A stretch of DNA of 64,000 bases from an uncultured Candidatus Micrarchaeota archaeon (GCA_963714085.1 OY970229.1:1152001-1216000), one strand, 5' to 3'; shown: positions 48,778-57,334, counted from the first letter of the stretch. The notes: generated by a model from the letters alone, not told the origin. Numbers and translations: made by a program.

Positions 48778-49941
48778 ATGAAGATCGCAGACAGAAGCAG
48801 GACCGGGATCTCACGGTATTGCCCGACGTTCAGCGATGCGTTTTCACGCCCCTTCAGGAAGGCGAAGGAGGCTGTCGACCCGGATCCGATTCTTCCCGGG
48901 CAGGCTTACCGGAAAGGCGAAGTCAGAGAGCGGCTAGCCAAAGGAGAAACATCACAACTGCGTGAGATGGTGGCGCGCCATCCAGAATCCACGCGAATCA
49001 TAGCCGGCCTGCTTTCGGATGCTGATTGGCATGTAAGGAAGAATGCCGCTTGTGCGTTGCTCGATACGTTGGGCAGCGATGACGCATCAGTCAATTTCCC
49101 AAGATGGTTAAGCGATCTCCCTCGCGATGCTACTCCGCTGGAAATGGTGTTTTGCTACCTGGAGCATTTCCATCATGGCATCATAGTCGCTCTTCCTGCG
49201 CTTAAGGATACACTTTCGGACAAGGACCCGCGCATCTTATTGCGTACTCTGGCAGCGTTGAAACACACCGCGCAAAGATGGGACGTTTCTGCGCTCATGC
49301 CAGTTGTCGCGAAGGCGTTCTCCGAAGCGGATTCAGACATCCGGGATGACATGAGCGCGGCGGACTGGGTGCATGCCTACTCGAGTTACAAATACGATTA
49401 TTCGATTGCCGTACCAGAGCTCGCGGAGCTATTCGATAGTCGCGAGTGGCGAATCAACTGCTACGCCGCCAACGCCCTTGGCGATGCTGCAGCGCATGGA
49501 TGCGACATATCTGTCGCCGTACCAGCTCTTGCGGGAGAGATTTCATGCTTCGGCACACGCGCCGAATGCGCGGCCGATGCTTTGCGCACGGCCTCGAAAA
49601 CGACGGATATCAATATCTCCGACACGATTCCACGCATTATCGATCAGATTTGGTACGAATACGGCAAGTACTTCTTTGACTACCCGGACGATGCGGACCA
49701 CAGGCTTTTCCTCTGCAATCGCCTTGTCGGGGCATTGGAGAATCTGATACGTTTCCACACCTCGGACATCGAAAATATGTATCCCATATTAAGAGTACTC
49801 ACTTATCTCAGTGATTCCGAGCGGGTCGAGTCGGACCTGAATAAAGCCACGTTCGCCAGAGTGGTGCTCACCAAGGAGCAGGCCCGCTACGTGCTGGGAC
49901 TCGCCGAGCAGACGTACACCAAGAGCGGGACAGCAACATGA
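48778..49941 (+). CDS. HEAT-repeat protein
   Basis: LLSDADWHVRKNAACAL and similar repeats. Confidence 0.7.
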   Translation: MKIADRSRTGISRYCPTFSDAFSRPFRKAKEAVDPDPILPGQAYRKGEVRERLAKGETSQLREMVARHPESTRIIAGLLSDADWHVRKNAACALLDTLGSDDASVNFPRWLSDLPRDATPLEMVFCYLEHFHHGIIVALPALKDTLSDKDPRILLRTLAALKHTAQRWDVSALMPVVAKAFSEADSDIRDDMSAADWVHAYSSYKYDYSIAVPELAELFDSREWRINCYAANALGDAAAHGCDISVAVPALAGEISCFGTRAECAADALRTASKTTDINISDTIPRIIDQIWYEYGKYFFDYPDDADHRLFLCNRLVGALENLIRFHTSDIENMYPILRVLTYLSDSERVESDLNKATFARVVLTKEQARYVLGLAEQTYTKSGTAT

Positions 49942-50076
49942 AAAGTTATCAGATACGTGCTAAGCCAGAAACTCAGGAAAGAGCTCAAGCCGCAGCCCAA
50001 TGCATGAACCTATAAATGTTTTCCCTGAGTCATATCGTAAAATCGTGCTGGATGCTGCATGATCGGCGAGCGTCTT

Positions 50077-50601
50077 TTACCTCGGAATAGGCAGGCTTCC
50101 CAGCTCTTCCCTCGCCCGCGCGAGAAGGAATCCCATGCAATCGGCCTTTTTGCCCCTTCTCTTGTTCCACTCAGCGACTATCTGCTTGTAGGTGCCCAGC
50201 TCCCATAGATAAGTCGGCCTGAGCTGGGCCCCGAAACCCAGGGTCCGGAACATGAGTCCTGAGACGCCAGGGCAGAGCCGCGTCTTCCACCTGCCGTCTA
50301 TCCCTTTAGGGAACGCCTTGCAGACCGAAGGCGAGAATCCGTATATCGTGCACCTCTTGCCATCGAGGAACAGGCATGGATGGGATTTGAGGCAGAGGAT
50401 GTGCTCCTCCAGGTATTTCCTGTCATGGAACTCGAGCACGGTGTCGTTGTCGAAATTGAGCAGCCGCAGAGGGTAGAGCACCGCGAACTCTTCCGGCTTC
50501 TGCTTCAGGTTGTCCTCTATCCTGACTATGTCGAATATCGTCACCGTGATATAGAGGTCCTTGCAGCACGATGCATCGCAGATCGTGCAGGGATTCGCCA
50601 T
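50077..50601 (-). CDS. YkgJ-family cysteine-cluster protein
   Basis: CTICDASCC, PCLFL...CTIY..SPSVCKAFP. Confidence 0.85.
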   Translation of the reverse strand: MANPCTICDASCCKDLYITVTIFDIVRIEDNLKQKPEEFAVLYPLRLLNFDNDTVLEFHDRKYLEEHILCLKSHPCLFLDGKRCTIYGFSPSVCKAFPKGIDGRWKTRLCPGVSGLMFRTLGFGAQLRPTYLWELGTYKQIVAEWNKRRGKKADCMGFLLARAREELGSLPIPR

Positions 50602-50650
50602 AATGAGATATTTACCATGCCAAACGTTTTAATCATGGCGGGAAAACCGA

Positions 50651-50723
50651 TGGGGGAGCTGAGATTTGAACTCAGATAACAAGCTCCCAAAGCTTGCAGC
50701 ATACCAGGTTGGCTCACTCCCCC
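50651..50723 (-). tRNA. tRNA-Pro(TGG)
   Basis: Cloverleaf; anticodon arm CAAGC-TTTGGGA-GCTTG. Confidence 0.93.
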
Positions 50724-50771
50724 GTATGGGACAGGATGGTGTTTGAAAGCGATTATAAATAAAATAGTCAG

Positions 50772-51161
50772 TCAGTTCACGCACTTCCTCTCGAGCAGGT
50801 GGATGGAGCCGAACCTCTTCACCCTGAAGCCGTAATGATGGTAGAGCTCCAAAGCCGGATTCGACATGGTCGTGGTCAGCACCATGGGCTTGTCGCTCCT
50901 GGAGAACACCTGGAACAGCCGGTCAAGGAGCGCGGTCCCGATGCCGTGCCCGCGGGCGGACTCCTCCACCCCCAGGCCCTGCAGTACGATGCGCCTCTCC
51001 TCCTCCACCGCATGGCAGAACCCGACCGCCTTGCCCTTGGATTCTGCGAGCAGCACCACGTCCCCCTCGCAGATGTCCGGGTCCGCTTCAGGGAACACGT
51101 TGGCTATGAGCTCGAGCGCGTCCTCGATCTCCTCAGGCTTGAGCATCCTCACGGTTATCAT
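50772..51161 (-). CDS. GNAT-family N-acetyltransferase
   Basis: RGHGIGTALL, ALELY..YGF. Confidence 0.85.
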   Translation of the reverse strand: MITVRMLKPEEIEDALELIANVFPEADPDICEGDVVLLAESKGKAVGFCHAVEEERRIVLQGLGVEESARGHGIGTALLDRLFQVFSRSDKPMVLTTTMSNPALELYHHYGFRVKRFGSIHLLERKCVN

Positions 51162-51784
51162 AGCATCACGAACTCCACATCCAGCTTCCTGCCGTCCGTC
51201 TCCGCGACCACGGCCCGCAGCGCGTTGCCGGCCGGGACCTTCACGAGTTTCGTCGGCCCCAGCTGCGAGGTCCCGCTGTGCTCGTGGATGTGCCCGAAGA
51301 ACGCGGCGAACGGCTTCTTCTCCTCTATTATCCTGAGTATCGAATCGCTTCCTGCATGCGAGCCGCGCGCCTCGTCGAAATGCCCCTTGGGCGGGCAGTG
51401 GAGCGCGAGCAGCGTGTTCCTGTCTATCGGCAACGAAGACATCCCCTCGTATATCTTCCCTTCGGTCAGTTCGCCGTGGGTGTGGAACGGGGTGATGCCG
51501 GAATAGCCGAAGCCGACCAGGTTGAACCCCTCTCCCAGGTCGAAGCGCTTCCCATGGGCGTAGTTCCTCGCCTTGCGCATGATCTCGTTCACGCCATCCG
51601 AGTCCCAGTTCCCCGGTATGACGAACGCGTCCGGGAACTTCGAGAGGAAGTCTTCGGCGAAGGAGGCGCTCCTGGCCAGGTCCCCGCACACGAGCAGGTG
51701 GTCGACTCCCCCGGCCATTCTCGCCTCTATGCGCGAGACCGCCTCCTCCTCTTCGTGGATGTCGCACACAACGAGCAGCTTCAT
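51158..51784 (-). CDS. Metallophosphoesterase
   Basis: DIH, GD, GNWD, HCPP, GHIHE. Confidence 0.92.
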   Translation of the reverse strand: MKLLVVCDIHEEEEAVSRIEARMAGGVDHLLVCGDLARSASFAEDFLSKFPDAFVIPGNWDSDGVNEIMRKARNYAHGKRFDLGEGFNLVGFGYSGITPFHTHGELTEGKIYEGMSSLPIDRNTLLALHCPPKGHFDEARGSHAGSDSILRIIEEKKPFAAFFGHIHEHSGTSQLGPTKLVKVPAGNALRAVVAETDGRKLDVEFVML

Positions 51785-51800
51785 ATGACCCCCTGCAAGT

Positions 51801-52622
51801 TCATTGGTTGGCGGCCGGCCTCTTCGCTTTCTCGGCCGCATAGGCGGCCATTATCTCCGCGTAACGCTTGTCGAAGTCCGCGAGCAGCCCGGCGCCTATG
51901 TCCCGTTTCGTATACGCGTCGGCCTTGGCCGCTATGCATATCTTGGCAGCCAGAGCCCTGGCTATCCTGCCGCGCACCGCCTTGGGCGAGCCGGATATCC
52001 TCGGGTGCTGGAATATGATGCCGTGCTTGGGCGGGCTTATCCTCCTGTTCTTCAGGTGCTTGAACAGGGCCTTCTCCGCGCCGAGCACCTGTATGGTGGA
52101 CGATGGCAGCCTGGCCAGCCTGGCAAGGGAGCCGACATGGGACACGAGCTTCGCGGCCACCTCGGGCCCGGCGACCTTGGACATGTTCGGGCAGATCTCC
52201 GTCGCGAGCTCGCACTGGTACTTGAGGTAGCGCTCGCGCATGCCGTGCAGCCCGATTATGGAGTTGGCGAAGAACCTGCACTGCGCAAGGTCGTTGTCCG
52301 AGAGCCCGGCGCCAAGGGTCCGCGCGGCCTGCGCGGATATCTCGTCTGCCTTCTTCTGGCCCACGGAGCTCGCCAGCTCCTTCTTGTCGAGGTTCGCGCG
52401 GTCTATGCTGAGCACGAGCTCAGCGTACTTGAGCTTGTCCTCGACCTTCATCTCCGGGAAGTAGATGCCGTACCATTCCTCCAGCCTCTCGCCCAGGAGG
52501 TTGATGACCTTGTCCAGGTCCTCCATGGTCTTGGTGACCCCGCTGAGCAGCATGTCGCGGGACATGAGGGCGGCCTTCACCCGCTCCCTGGCCCTTTTCA
52601 TAAATATGTCTCGTTTCTCCAT
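51801..52622 (-). CDS. nop5: Box C/D sRNP protein Nop5 (short form)
   Basis: EWYGIYFPE, QVLGAEKALFKHL, PPKHGIIFQHP. Confidence 0.93.
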   Translation of the reverse strand: MEKRDIFMKRARERVKAALMSRDMLLSGVTKTMEDLDKVINLLGERLEEWYGIYFPEMKVEDKLKYAELVLSIDRANLDKKELASSVGQKKADEISAQAARTLGAGLSDNDLAQCRFFANSIIGLHGMRERYLKYQCELATEICPNMSKVAGPEVAAKLVSHVGSLARLARLPSSTIQVLGAEKALFKHLKNRRISPPKHGIIFQHPRISGSPKAVRGRIARALAAKICIAAKADAYTKRDIGAGLLADFDKRYAEIMAAYAAEKAKRPAANQ

Positions 52623-52685
52623 GGGGCATTGATGAGCATAACGTTATAAAAAGTTAGTTATACCCAATCCTTCCAAGGTAATCTC

Positions 52686-53222
52686 ATGAACCAGGTCCAG
52701 AAACTCACGAACGAGACTGTCAAGAACGGCGGAGTGCTCGCGCTGCTCTATTTCGACATACACACGAAGACCAAGGACCTGGCGCAGGAGGTGGGCGCGG
52801 GATTCGTCAACGACCTCCTCAGGTACAACGGCGTGGTCTACGCCGTGGGCGAGATAGACGAGCCCCTCGAGAGCAAGGAGGGCGACTCCATGTTCTCCAC
52901 CTCGGTGCAGGTGAAGGTGCTCACCAAGAAGTTCGGCCATCTCATGCTCATCTGCGCCACCTTCAGCCCGTTCACGGTCGAGATACTCCAGCCTGACGAG
53001 ATACGGCTTCCTCTGAACGAGGCCCACGAGCTGCTCAGCACGATCGGCGCGATCACACTGGACTACAAGAAGTTCATAGTTGAGCGGATCAAGTCGCCGG
53101 CGGAATCCAGGCAGTACACCGAGCTGCTCTCCCGGAGGGCGGCGCTCGGCAGGCAGATCCTTTCGAGGAAGTCGGCAGCCGAGGAGGCGAAGAAACCGGC
53201 CGCGGAAGAGGCGAAGAAATGA
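52686..53222 (+). CDS. Hypothetical archaeal protein
   Basis: 178-aa ORF translationally coupled to the next ATPase. Confidence 0.7.
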   Translation: MNQVQKLTNETVKNGGVLALLYFDIHTKTKDLAQEVGAGFVNDLLRYNGVVYAVGEIDEPLESKEGDSMFSTSVQVKVLTKKFGHLMLICATFSPFTVEILQPDEIRLPLNEAHELLSTIGAITLDYKKFIVERIKSPAESRQYTELLSRRAALGRQILSRKSAAEEAKKPAAEEAKK

Positions 53223-53917
53223 AGCGCGAGTTCATCAAAAGCGGGATACCCGGCCTGGACAAGATAACCGGGGGCGGGCTGCTCGAGGGCTCCGTGGTCA
53301 CGCTGAGCGGGCCTACGGGGAGCGGCAAGAGCACGTTCGCGATGCAGTTCCTGGTGGAGGGGGCGCTCAAGTTCAAGGAGGCCGGCGTCTACATCGCGAT
53401 AGAGGAGAGCAAGGACTCCATGTACTTCCACATGAGCGGCTATGCCTGGGACCTGGACAAGATGGAGAAAGCCCGGCAGCTGGTCTTCCTGGACTACCCG
53501 GTCTACGAGGTGGACCAGTTCATGAACCAGTACTCCGCCATATTGGAGATCATCAACTCAGTGGGCGCGCGTCGCGTGGTCATAGACTCCATAATGCCCA
53601 TAGCCCTGTTCTTCCCCAACGACGAGGAGAGGAAGAAGGGGTTCCTCAAGTTCATAGACAACATCCGCAAGTGGAACACCACGACGCTCATAGTGTCCGA
53701 GGACACGACATCCGCGGCCGGAGAGGCGCTCCCGGAGACCAAGTACGGCATAGAGACCTTCACGGACGCCTGGATACACATATACAACATATTCTCAGAT
53801 AAGACGAAGGAGCGCACCCGCGAGATCGAGGTGCTCAAGATGAAGGGCGCGGCCCACAGCACGAAGAGATACCCGGCGAAGATAGACGCGAACGGGTTCA
53901 CGATACTGGTCAAATAG
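53219..53917 (+). CDS. KaiC/RAD55-family ATPase
   Basis: SGIPGLD, GPTGSGKS, VIDS, LKMKG. Confidence 0.92.
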   Translation: MKREFIKSGIPGLDKITGGGLLEGSVVTLSGPTGSGKSTFAMQFLVEGALKFKEAGVYIAIEESKDSMYFHMSGYAWDLDKMEKARQLVFLDYPVYEVDQFMNQYSAILEIINSVGARRVVIDSIMPIALFFPNDEERKKGFLKFIDNIRKWNTTTLIVSEDTTSAAGEALPETKYGIETFTDAWIHIYNIFSDKTKERTREIEVLKMKGAAHSTKRYPAKIDANGFTILVK

Positions 53918-54431
53918 GCCTGAGAACGCCCCAGACCAGTTTCCGCTCCTTCTCATCCAGCTTGTCGTAATCGGATTCGTACAGGATTATGCGCTTGCCC
54001 AGCTTCAGGAAACGCGCGGCCGACTCTTTCGTGGCCTCCTCGATTATGACATCGTGCACGATCTCCGCATCTCCGTGGTAGCCCGAAGTTGCGACCCCCA
54101 CCAGCAGCCGCTCGCTTTTTTTCCATTCCGAGAGGTCGGCTCCCAAGTCCAGGACCACCCGCGCCTTCACCTTGATGAGCCTCTCGATCATGTCCTTCTT
54201 CACGCTGCACTCGACCTGGATGTTCACGAAATAGGTGAGCTTGTCGTAGATGTCCATGTTGGACGTGGTCCCCCTGATCGCGTCCAGGTCAGCGATGTGG
54301 ATGAGCTTCGCGCCTTTCTCCGAGAGCTTCCTCACGAGCTGCGTGGGGTTCCCCATCATGCGGAGCGAGCCGTGGTCCATCCTGTACGCCTGCTTGTCCT
54401 TCACGTAGAAAAGAGGTATGTCGAGCGTCAT
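53910..54431 (-). CDS. Truncated HisA/HisF-related barrel protein
   Basis: GNP...GAKLIHIADLDA; only 173 aa. Confidence 0.6.
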   Translation of the reverse strand: MTLDIPLFYVKDKQAYRMDHGSLRMMGNPTQLVRKLSEKGAKLIHIADLDAIRGTTSNMDIYDKLTYFVNIQVECSVKKDMIERLIKVKARVVLDLGADLSEWKKSERLLVGVATSGYHGDAEIVHDVIIEEATKESAARFLKLGKRIILYESDYDKLDEKERKLVWGVLRPI

Positions 54432-54472
54432 CGTTTCCCTTTATCCATGCGATCAAAATATTGAACGATCGT

Positions 54473-55714
54473 TCATTTTATTGAACGCACTCTCCCAATC
54501 GCGTCCTCTATCTTCAGGGCCTCCTCCTTCCCGCTCGCCATGTCCCTGAGCGTGACTGTGCCGGCCTCCTTCTCGCGCTCGCCTACGACCGCGACGTAGG
54601 GGATGGACAGAGTGTTCGCGTAGTCAAGTTGTTTTCTTAGGTTGCGCTCGTTGAGGTCGGTCTCGCATTCTATTCCCCCGATGCGGAACTTCGCCGCGAC
54701 CTCTAGAGCATAGGAGTATAACTCGGGTTTTACCACCGCGAGGAAGACACGGGTGTCGGTCTTCTTGACCGCCGTCTTCTTCTCGGTTATGAGTGTCACC
54801 AGCCGTTCGATGCCCACCGATATCCCGGTGGCTGGCGCCGGCTGGCCGTAAACCCCTAATAAGTTGTCGTACCTTCCGCCTCCCATGACGCTGCCCATGC
54901 CCTCGCTGAGACTGACCTCGAACACCGGCCCGGTGTAATATCCGAGGCCGCGCGCAAGCGGAAGGCTTATCTCGATCTCGATTCCGCTGCACAGCTCCAG
55001 TATCTGCTCCAGCTCCTTCGCGCCCTCGGGGCTGTATTTGGCCGCGAGCGATAATTTCTTCTTGTTGTCGCCCTCCGCGTTTATCACGTCGAGGAGCTCC
55101 TTCGCCTTCTTCTTGCCGAGTATCTCCTGGAGCAGCTTGTCCACTTCGGCCTCGCCTATCTTGTCGAGTTTGTCCAGCACGCGGAAAACTTCCCCCTTGC
55201 TCTCGTCAAGCCCGAGCTTGGCGGATATCCCGTCGAGTATCTTGCGGTTGTTGAGCAGGATGCGCGGCTTTCCGAACCCGAACGCGACGCAGAGCGTGTT
55301 CGCGATGGAGAGCAATTCCGCTTCGCATCGCATGGACGGGCTCCCTATTATGTCAGCGTCAGCCTGGTAGAACTCGCGGAACCTTCCTCTCTGCGGCTCC
55401 TCCTTCCTCCAGACCACGTCGACCGCATACCGTTTGAAGGGCTTGGGCGTGTCCGTCCCGGCCGCGTATCTGGCGAGCGGCACCGTGAGGTCGAACCTGA
55501 GCCCGTACTCGTTGCCTTCGATCACGAATATCTGCTTGTCCACCTCGGGGCCGGCTTTTGCCCGGAGCGTCTCAAGGTATTCCATGGCCGGGGTCTCCAG
55601 CGGCCGGTAGCCGTAGAGCTGGAAGGTGCGCCGTATGCCGCCTATGACCTCCTCGCGCACGAACATGTCCTCGGGCCCGATGTCCCGCATTCCTTTCGGA
55701 GTGAGCTTTGCCAT
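54473..55714 (-). CDS. hisS: Histidine--tRNA ligase
   Basis: PKGMRD, LRFDLTVP, GRFREFYQ, ARGLGYYTG, GGGRYD, C-terminal anticodon-binding domain. Confidence 0.96.
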   Translation of the reverse strand: MAKLTPKGMRDIGPEDMFVREEVIGGIRRTFQLYGYRPLETPAMEYLETLRAKAGPEVDKQIFVIEGNEYGLRFDLTVPLARYAAGTDTPKPFKRYAVDVVWRKEEPQRGRFREFYQADADIIGSPSMRCEAELLSIANTLCVAFGFGKPRILLNNRKILDGISAKLGLDESKGEVFRVLDKLDKIGEAEVDKLLQEILGKKKAKELLDVINAEGDNKKKLSLAAKYSPEGAKELEQILELCSGIEIEISLPLARGLGYYTGPVFEVSLSEGMGSVMGGGRYDNLLGVYGQPAPATGISVGIERLVTLITEKKTAVKKTDTRVFLAVVKPELYSYALEVAAKFRIGGIECETDLNERNLRKQLDYANTLSIPYVAVVGEREKEAGTVTLRDMASGKEEALKIEDAIGRVRSIK

Positions 55715-55757
55715 GGTAACCACTTTCTACTTTCGGATTTAAAAAATGGAAAGAAAA

Positions 55758-56168
55758 TCAAGGGATGGCCGGGTAGCGCTGCCCCTTTTTCTTCGTCATG
55801 GTCCGGCGCAGTATCTCGCCCAGCACGTCCTCTATCCGGACGCCCCTGTTCACGAGGTACAACTGGACGAAATACAGCAGGTCCGCCGCCTCCCATATCA
55901 GGTTCCTCTCCCCGCGCGCGGTTATCAGCTCGACCGATTCCTCTATGACCTTCTTGCGTATCTTCCTGGGGTCGGCTAGGAGCTGCGACGTGTACGACCC
56001 CGGGTCGGGATTCCGCTCGCGCTCCCGTATCATGGCGGTCTCGAGCTGCAGGGCGAGCGCTGACGGTCCGGACCGCCGGATCATCGCGTCGATATCCCTT
56101 TTCCCGAAAACCTCTGCCGGGTCGGGCAGGGCCTGCTTTTTCGGCGTTCGTATTTTTCTCATGGCCAT
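55758..56168 (-). CDS. hisE: Phosphoribosyl-ATP pyrophosphatase
   Basis: GSYTSQLL, KKVIEESVE, EAADLLYF. Confidence 0.88.
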   Translation of the reverse strand: MAMRKIRTPKKQALPDPAEVFGKRDIDAMIRRSGPSALALQLETAMIRERERNPDPGSYTSQLLADPRKIRKKVIEESVELITARGERNLIWEAADLLYFVQLYLVNRGVRIEDVLGEILRRTMTKKKGQRYPAIP

Positions 56169-56172
56169 CGCC

Positions 56173-57021
56173 TCAGAGGACTATCAGCCTGGGCTCTGTG
56201 ACAACGATGCCAGAGCCCCCGTTCCCTTTCAGCGCCACCACCAGGTCCTCTATGCCTTTCTCCGGCACCGCCGCGGTCAGGGCGTAACCGCCGCCCACGA
56301 TGGGGCTGACGTCAGGATTTTTCAGGGCCGGAAGGATTTTCACCAGCTCGTCCCTTATCAGGTCCGTAGCCGCGTTTACCCGGACCATCAGGCGTTTTCG
56401 CGCTTCTATCACCGCTCTCAGGCAAAGCTCAATCCGGTCGATCTCCGGCTTCCTGCTTTTCAGGGATGCGGGATTCGCTAAAAGCCTCACCCGCGATTCC
56501 ATCAGCACCTTCAGGATGCGCAGGCCGTTCTCGCGCAACGTGGTGCCGGTGTCCACCTGGTCCACTATGGCTTCGGCTATGCGGAAGAACGGCGCGGTCT
56601 CAAGCGCGCCCTGGAGCCGGATTATCTTCGCGCTGCGGCAGTAACGCTCGGCGAGATTAGGCATCGTGGTGGCGATGCTTTCCGGCTCCCTTATCCTCGG
56701 CGGTGCCGCGAGGGCCACCTTGCAGGCCCCGAAATCCAGTTCCATCACCACCGCGAGGTCCCTTATGCGCCCCCAGGAGGGCGTGGTACAAAGGCCGCAC
56801 TCCGCAACGGCATCGTCGCCGGCAATGCCGATGTCCGCGGCACCGCGCGCCACGAACAACGGTATGTCCATGGCGCGTGCCAGCAGCAGCCGCACCCCTG
56901 CCCGAGACGTCGGGACGATGAGCTTCCGGTCGTCTCCGCCAAGGGCCTTCATGCCCGCGTCCTCAAGGAGCCTGAACAACGGCTCCCTCATCCTGCCCTT
57001 GTTGGGCACCGCTATGGTCAC
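56173..57021 (-). CDS. hisG: ATP phosphoribosyltransferase, long form; predicted to be made from ATG 57076 via a +1 frameshift
   Basis: IAVPNKGR, DIP..V..G..DIGIAG, GALE.AP, IVDQVDTGTTLRENGL, C-terminal regulatory domain. Confidence 0.93.
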   Translation of the reverse strand: MTIAVPNKGRMREPLFRLLEDAGMKALGGDDRKLIVPTSRAGVRLLLARAMDIPLFVARGAADIGIAGDDAVAECGLCTTPSWGRIRDLAVVMELDFGACKVALAAPPRIREPESIATTMPNLAERYCRSAKIIRLQGALETAPFFRIAEAIVDQVDTGTTLRENGLRILKVLMESRVRLLANPASLKSRKPEIDRIELCLRAVIEARKRLMVRVNAATDLIRDELVKILPALKNPDVSPIVGGGYALTAAVPEKGIEDLVVALKGNGGSGIVVTEPRLIVL

Positions 57022-57334
57022 TTCATTCGTGAAGTAAACCCCTTCCTTTTTTCACCTTGTTTTCCATTCCATTCATTTTTCACACCTCCTTGTTTTTTCT
57101 CTACATAGCTCCCGTTTCGGGAGAATGCGCACGATTCAACGTTTTCCGGAGCTCTCGCTATGCTTGCGTTTATCCTGCCGCCTTGCGCGGCGCTCACGTT
57201 CAGGAGTATTTTTTCCCCGGTTCTGATCCCGATGGCGTCCCTTATCTCCAAGGGTAAGACTAGCCGGCCCTTCCTGTCAAGCCGGATGAAGCAAATCCCT
57301 TCCCATGAAGGACATCCCTTCCTTGTTTCTCCAT
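57018..57334 (-). CDS. AbrB/MazE/SpoVT-family DNA-binding protein (104 aa), predicted to need two +1 frameshifts
   Basis: IRLDRKGRLVLPLEIRDAIGIRTGEKI AbrB signature has no in-frame ATG/GTG/TTG upstream; the SD-led ATG at 57334 reaches it by +1 shifts at 57310 and 57291. Confidence 0.8.
57023..57076 (-). CDS. hisG leader peptide MNGMENKVKKGRGLLHE* (unshifted product)
   Basis: Strong SD AGGAGGTG; its single His codon sits in the shift cassette. Confidence 0.75.
   Translation of the reverse strand: MNGMENKVKKGRGLLHE
57029..57046 (-). promoter_or_regulatory. Predicted His-sensing +1 frameshift site 3 (GGA AGG GGT TTA CTT CAC)
   Basis: prfB-like SD-like/3-nt/CTT geometry; the +1 frame is hisG. 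Confidence 0.8.
57286..57303 (-). promoter_or_regulatory. Predicted His-sensing +1 frameshift site 2 (GGA AGG GAT TTG CTT CAT)
   Basis: The +1 frame enters the AbrB domain. Confidence 0.8.
57305..57322 (-). promoter_or_regulatory. Predicted His-sensing +1 frameshift site 1 (GGA AGG GAT GTC CTT CAT)
   Basis: The +1 frame places site 2 in register. Confidence 0.78.

Noticed and set aside
57018..57251. The ORF-track 77-aa protein starting at TTG 57251
   Set aside because: That start lies in the middle of the AbrB motif (LDRKGRLVLP is upstream) and has no SD.
57029..57322. The three GAAG-N7-CTTC repeats read only as palindromic DNA operators or RNA hairpins
   Set aside because: This does not explain why all three are codon-phased on CTT-CAY and link the needed reading frames. 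A secondary DNA-level role is not excluded.
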